Below are positions 38,443-41,255 of a DNA stretch of 41,255 nt, in pieces. The position numbers were made by a program, and so were the translations under genes. Within the stretch, counting starts at the first letter, position 1, and each line of letters starts with the position of its first letter. The stretch is from Bacteriovoracaceae bacterium (lineage in GTDB: Bacteria; Bdellovibrionota; Bacteriovoracia; Bacteriovoracales; Bacteriovoracaceae), in assembly GCA_947440875.1 (NCBI GenBank), contig CANETG010000001.1, positions 1 to 41,255 of the forward strand, written 5' to 3'. Below the pieces are notes generated by a model. The model did not search any database, was not told the DNA's origin, and was given only the letters and a program-made list of their open reading frames with translations.

Positions 38443-38521
38443 TGACGGAATGCAGTCATCCGCGGTCTGATGTTCGCTCTTATGGGTGAATATTAGCACT
38501 GCGGTCTATATGGTTTCGTCA
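38443..38521 (+). ncRNA. Candidate structured RNA: long G-U-rich rod hairpin
   Basis: 13-bp helix 38467-38479/38484-38496, 7-bp helix 38460-38466/38498-38504 and basal helix 38443-38450/38514-38521; mismatches resolve as G-U only on the + strand. Confidence 0.5.
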
Positions 38522-38556
38522 CCAAATAATTTCATTTCAACTTCAAGGATTGTTCA

Positions 38557-39147
38557 ATGAACACACTCGAATTATTTCGTAAGGGCGGATTCATTATGTA
38601 TCCGCTTTTCATTTTCTCAGTTCTCGCCTGGTCCGTTGGCGTTTACAAGCTCTTTGAGATTCGTTCTTTCATGAAGGATCTGAAAAACATGGGACCTGAA
38701 CTTTTAAAGAATTCGAGTGCGGCGAGTAACATGCACATCTTAAAAACTCTTGAAGTTTTAAGGGCATCAAATGACAAACAACTTCTTTCTGAAAGAGTAG
38801 GTAGACGTCAAGCAGAGTCGATCGCTGAACTGAAAGAATGGCTCTGGGTTTTGGGATCTATAGCCTCATCGGCACCCTTCATTGGACTCTTCGGAACTGT
38901 TGTCGGGATCATGGGATCGTTTGAGGCGATTGGTGTTTCTGGTAAAACGGGATTCTCTGTCGTCGCTGCTGGGATTTCAGAATCTCTTGTGGCAACGGCC
39001 GCAGGGATCATCGTCGCCGTTGTGGCGCTTCTTTTTTATAATTACCTGATCTCGCGCGTGAATAAAGGTGCGCAGGATTTCCGCATCCGTGGTGAAGAAC
39101 TCATCGACCACCTCACTTCAGGAGGATCTCATGGCCATACAAAATAA
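38557..39147 (+). CDS. MotA/TolQ/ExbB proton channel protein (copy 2)
   Basis: GGFIMYPL, SSAPFIGLFGTVVGIM, GISESLVATAAG. Confidence 0.92.
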   Translation: MNTLELFRKGGFIMYPLFIFSVLAWSVGVYKLFEIRSFMKDLKNMGPELLKNSSAASNMHILKTLEVLRASNDKQLLSERVGRRQAESIAELKEWLWVLGSIASSAPFIGLFGTVVGIMGSFEAIGVSGKTGFSVVAAGISESLVATAAGIIVAVVALLFYNYLISRVNKGAQDFRIRGEELIDHLTSGGSHGHTK

Positions 39148-39541
39148 TTACGGACAAGACGAGATTGTTTCCGACATCAACATGACTCCGCTCATTGATA
39201 TCATGCTCGTTCTTCTCATTATTTTTATGGTGAGTTCATCAGCAGCGGTTGAATCAGGTCTGGAGGTCAATCTCCCTGAAGCGGCAAGTGTGGGGGGCGT
39301 AGGCGAGGGCAATGTCACCATTTCTGTGTCTGCAGCAGGTGAGATCAGTTTTGCTGGAAAACGAGTCACAAAAGATGAGCTCAAGGCACTTCTTGGGCCC
39401 GAGATCGCTAAGAAAAAATCAAAAACCGTTGTGCTTGAAGGTGACGGGGATCTTTCTCTGACGAGAACCATTGAAATCATCGACATCGCTCGCGCGGCCG
39501 GTGCTTCGGATTTCTCCATCGCAGCTAAGTTGAAAGAGTAG
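39131..39541 (+). CDS. ExbD/TolR family protein (copy 2)
   Basis: AGGAGG RBS before ATG 39131; DINMTPLIDIMLVLLIIFMV. Confidence 0.92.
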   Translation: MAIQNNYGQDEIVSDINMTPLIDIMLVLLIIFMVSSSAAVESGLEVNLPEAASVGGVGEGNVTISVSAAGEISFAGKRVTKDELKALLGPEIAKKKSKTVVLEGDGDLSLTRTIEIIDIARAAGASDFSIAAKLKE

Positions 39542-40889
39542 CGTCTCTCGTTTTTTTAAACCAGTAGAACACGGGCACTCCCAAAAGGATCAGACCCAGT
39601 CCAATAGCAGTCGATTTGGGACTCGTGATGATGGTGTTGATGAGAAGTAAAACTCCGATAATCACAAAAATGGCGGGAAGAAACGGATACCCAAGAGCTT
39701 TGTATTCTCTCGGAGCATCCGGAAGTTTTTTCCGAAGTCTAAAGACTGATGCCGTGACCATCGCGTAGAAAATCCACGACGCAAAAACTACGTAATCCGT
39801 GAGCTGATCAAAACTTCCGGACAGCGCAAGAATCATCGAGACTGCGGCCTGAACCGCAATCGAAACAACAGGCACGTGACTTCTGGCCCCGACACTGGCG
39901 AGTTGCTTAAAAAAGAGTCCATCTTTTGCCATCGCATAGGGGACTCGCGCGTTGGTGAGAATTGAACCGTTGAGTGCTCCGAGAGACGAGAAAACAAACG
40001 CAGACGAAAGAATGACAACTCCAGAGCTCCCAAGAAAACTCATCGCCGCTTTTGTTCCCACTGGTAAAGCATCCGGGAAATTCGAAGAATTGGACGTGAG
40101 AACTTCCCCAATCGGGAGCGCGTAAAAAAATGCGACATTCACAACGACGTAGAGGGCAAGGATAATCAGAATTCCAAGGATCAGTGACAGCGGGACATTT
40201 TTTTTGGGATCTTTAATTTCTCCGGCGACCATCGAAAGATTATTCCAGCCATCATACGCCCACAGGGCACCGAGGAGTGCTGTGCCGAACGCTGACCAGC
40301 CTGCAAATCCCGTGTACTCTGGAGCTGGAGTTGATACGTTTACAAAACTTCCCGCCTCACCGAAGAATAAAATTCCTCCGGCAATGACGACGAGAGTGAG
40401 AATTTTAATTGCTGTCATGATGGAATTCAATTTTCCACCGAAGGCAACACTTAAGCAGTTGATGAGCGAGAAAAACGCAATTGCTATCAGTGCTGCTCCG
40501 GTTCTTCCACCCACCATTGAGAGGTCCAATATTCCACTCATGAAAGTCATCGCCCCAACGGCGTAAGCAGCAATAGAGCCCGGTGAAGCAATCCAGAAGC
40601 GCATCCAACCGTAGAGAAAGGCCGTGAGATCATCCCAGCCTTCGCGAAGATAAACATATTCTCCGCCGGCCTCAGGCATCATGCTTCCAAGTTCCGCGTA
40701 AGCAAGTGCTCCCGTGATCGATAAAAGTCCGCCCACAACCCAAGCGGCCATGACCCAATAGGGGTGACCCAGAAGCTGAGTCATCGTTCCTGTTTTCAGA
40801 AATATTCCGGTACCGATGATAGTTCCGATAACGATGGCAAGAGCGTCCGTGAGGTTAAGCCCCCGAACAAGAGCGATGTGTTTGTTCAT
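39525..40889 (-). CDS. APC-superfamily amino acid permease (LAT/SteT-like)
   Basis: GTIIGTGIF, YAELG...GGEYVYL, WAYDGWN, EIKDPKKNVP, ARVPYAMA; about 12 TMs. Confidence 0.92.
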   Translation of the reverse strand: MNKHIALVRGLNLTDALAIVIGTIIGTGIFLKTGTMTQLLGHPYWVMAAWVVGGLLSITGALAYAELGSMMPEAGGEYVYLREGWDDLTAFLYGWMRFWIASPGSIAAYAVGAMTFMSGILDLSMVGGRTGAALIAIAFFSLINCLSVAFGGKLNSIMTAIKILTLVVIAGGILFFGEAGSFVNVSTPAPEYTGFAGWSAFGTALLGALWAYDGWNNLSMVAGEIKDPKKNVPLSLILGILIILALYVVVNVAFFYALPIGEVLTSNSSNFPDALPVGTKAAMSFLGSSGVVILSSAFVFSSLGALNGSILTNARVPYAMAKDGLFFKQLASVGARSHVPVVSIAVQAAVSMILALSGSFDQLTDYVVFASWIFYAMVTASVFRLRKKLPDAPREYKALGYPFLPAIFVIIGVLLLINTIITSPKSTAIGLGLILLGVPVFYWFKKTRDATLST

Positions 40890-40960
40890 GAATAAAAGCG
40901 TACTGATTTATGCGGGGATTGAGAACTTAAACTTAGATTTGGCCCTTTGAAACTCGTTGT

Positions 40961-41254
40961 CTAAAGTTCGACAATCGATCCCACTTCCACAACACGCTCT
41001 TTCGGAAGGTGATAAAACGCTGCCGCAGTTTGGGCGTTTCGTGACATCAAAGCAAAAAGACTCTCCCGCCAGAGGGCCATTCCACCATTTCCAGCAGTCG
41101 CAATAAGATGTTCGCGGCCGAGGAAGAAAGTTGCGTTTTTTGTCGTGAGTGAGGTGTGATCATCGAGCTGAATATTCTGAAGCTGCTCACTCACATTTTG
41201 GATATCCATAAATCCGAATGTGATCATGAGTCGATAAATTTGTGGTCCAATCGT
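40961..41254 (-). CDS. kup: KUP/HAK/KT potassium transporter, C-terminal fragment (truncated by the window edge)
   Basis: FGFMD, TFFLGRE, WRESLFALMSRNA, LPKERVVEVG; frame open to the window end. Confidence 0.85.
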   Translation of the reverse strand, partial: TIGPQIYRLMITFGFMDIQNVSEQLQNIQLDDHTSLTTKNATFFLGREHLIATAGNGGMALWRESLFALMSRNAQTAAAFYHLPKERVVEVGSIVEL

Positions 41255-41255
41255 C

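Noticed and set aside
4033-38448. Recurring intergenic TTGACGG/TGACAGG-like heptamers (4033, 12591, 22292, 29847, 36176, 38442)
   Set aside because: Short, variable in orientation and spacing, and resemble -35 boxes; needs a statistical motif test.
1-41255. CRISPR array, IS elements, prophage or defence genes
   Set aside because: No regularly spaced repeats, transposase, phage or recognisable defence motifs found.

Overview
41.3-kb chromosomal window, most likely from a predatory Bdellovibrionota bacterium (Bacteriovoracaceae-like). This taxonomy is inferred from the many secreted hydrolases, the TGase-elicitor-type proteins and the AgmX/PglI-type protein. Left to right: a TolC gene and a convergent copA with a clear CueR/MerR-type promoter; tex; an FAD oxidoreductase; a secreted pyroglutamyl peptidase and a metzincin-motif protein; then a ~10-kb minus-strand run. 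That run holds a 1252-aa circularly permuted ATP-grasp ligase fused to an HExxH peptidase-like domain with a Gln tail, a 723-aa orphan membrane protein, a probable outer-membrane beta-barrel, an unannotated 40-aa peptide gene and two GP42-type transglutaminase-like paralogues. After it come an OmpR-family two-component pair, cvrA, a tRNA(CAT) divergent from tilS-ftsH-folP, trypsin and subtilisin proteases, a livKHMGF-type ABC transporter, duplicated exbB/exbD(tolQR)-type pairs around an AgmX/TonB-like gene with a long G-U-rich RNA hairpin, an APC permease and the 3' end of kup. No integrase, transposase, CRISPR array or rRNA was seen. The best candidate for an undescribed system is the ATP-grasp/peptidase-peptide-transglutaminase cluster at 9640-19825; functional linkage of its genes is inference only.
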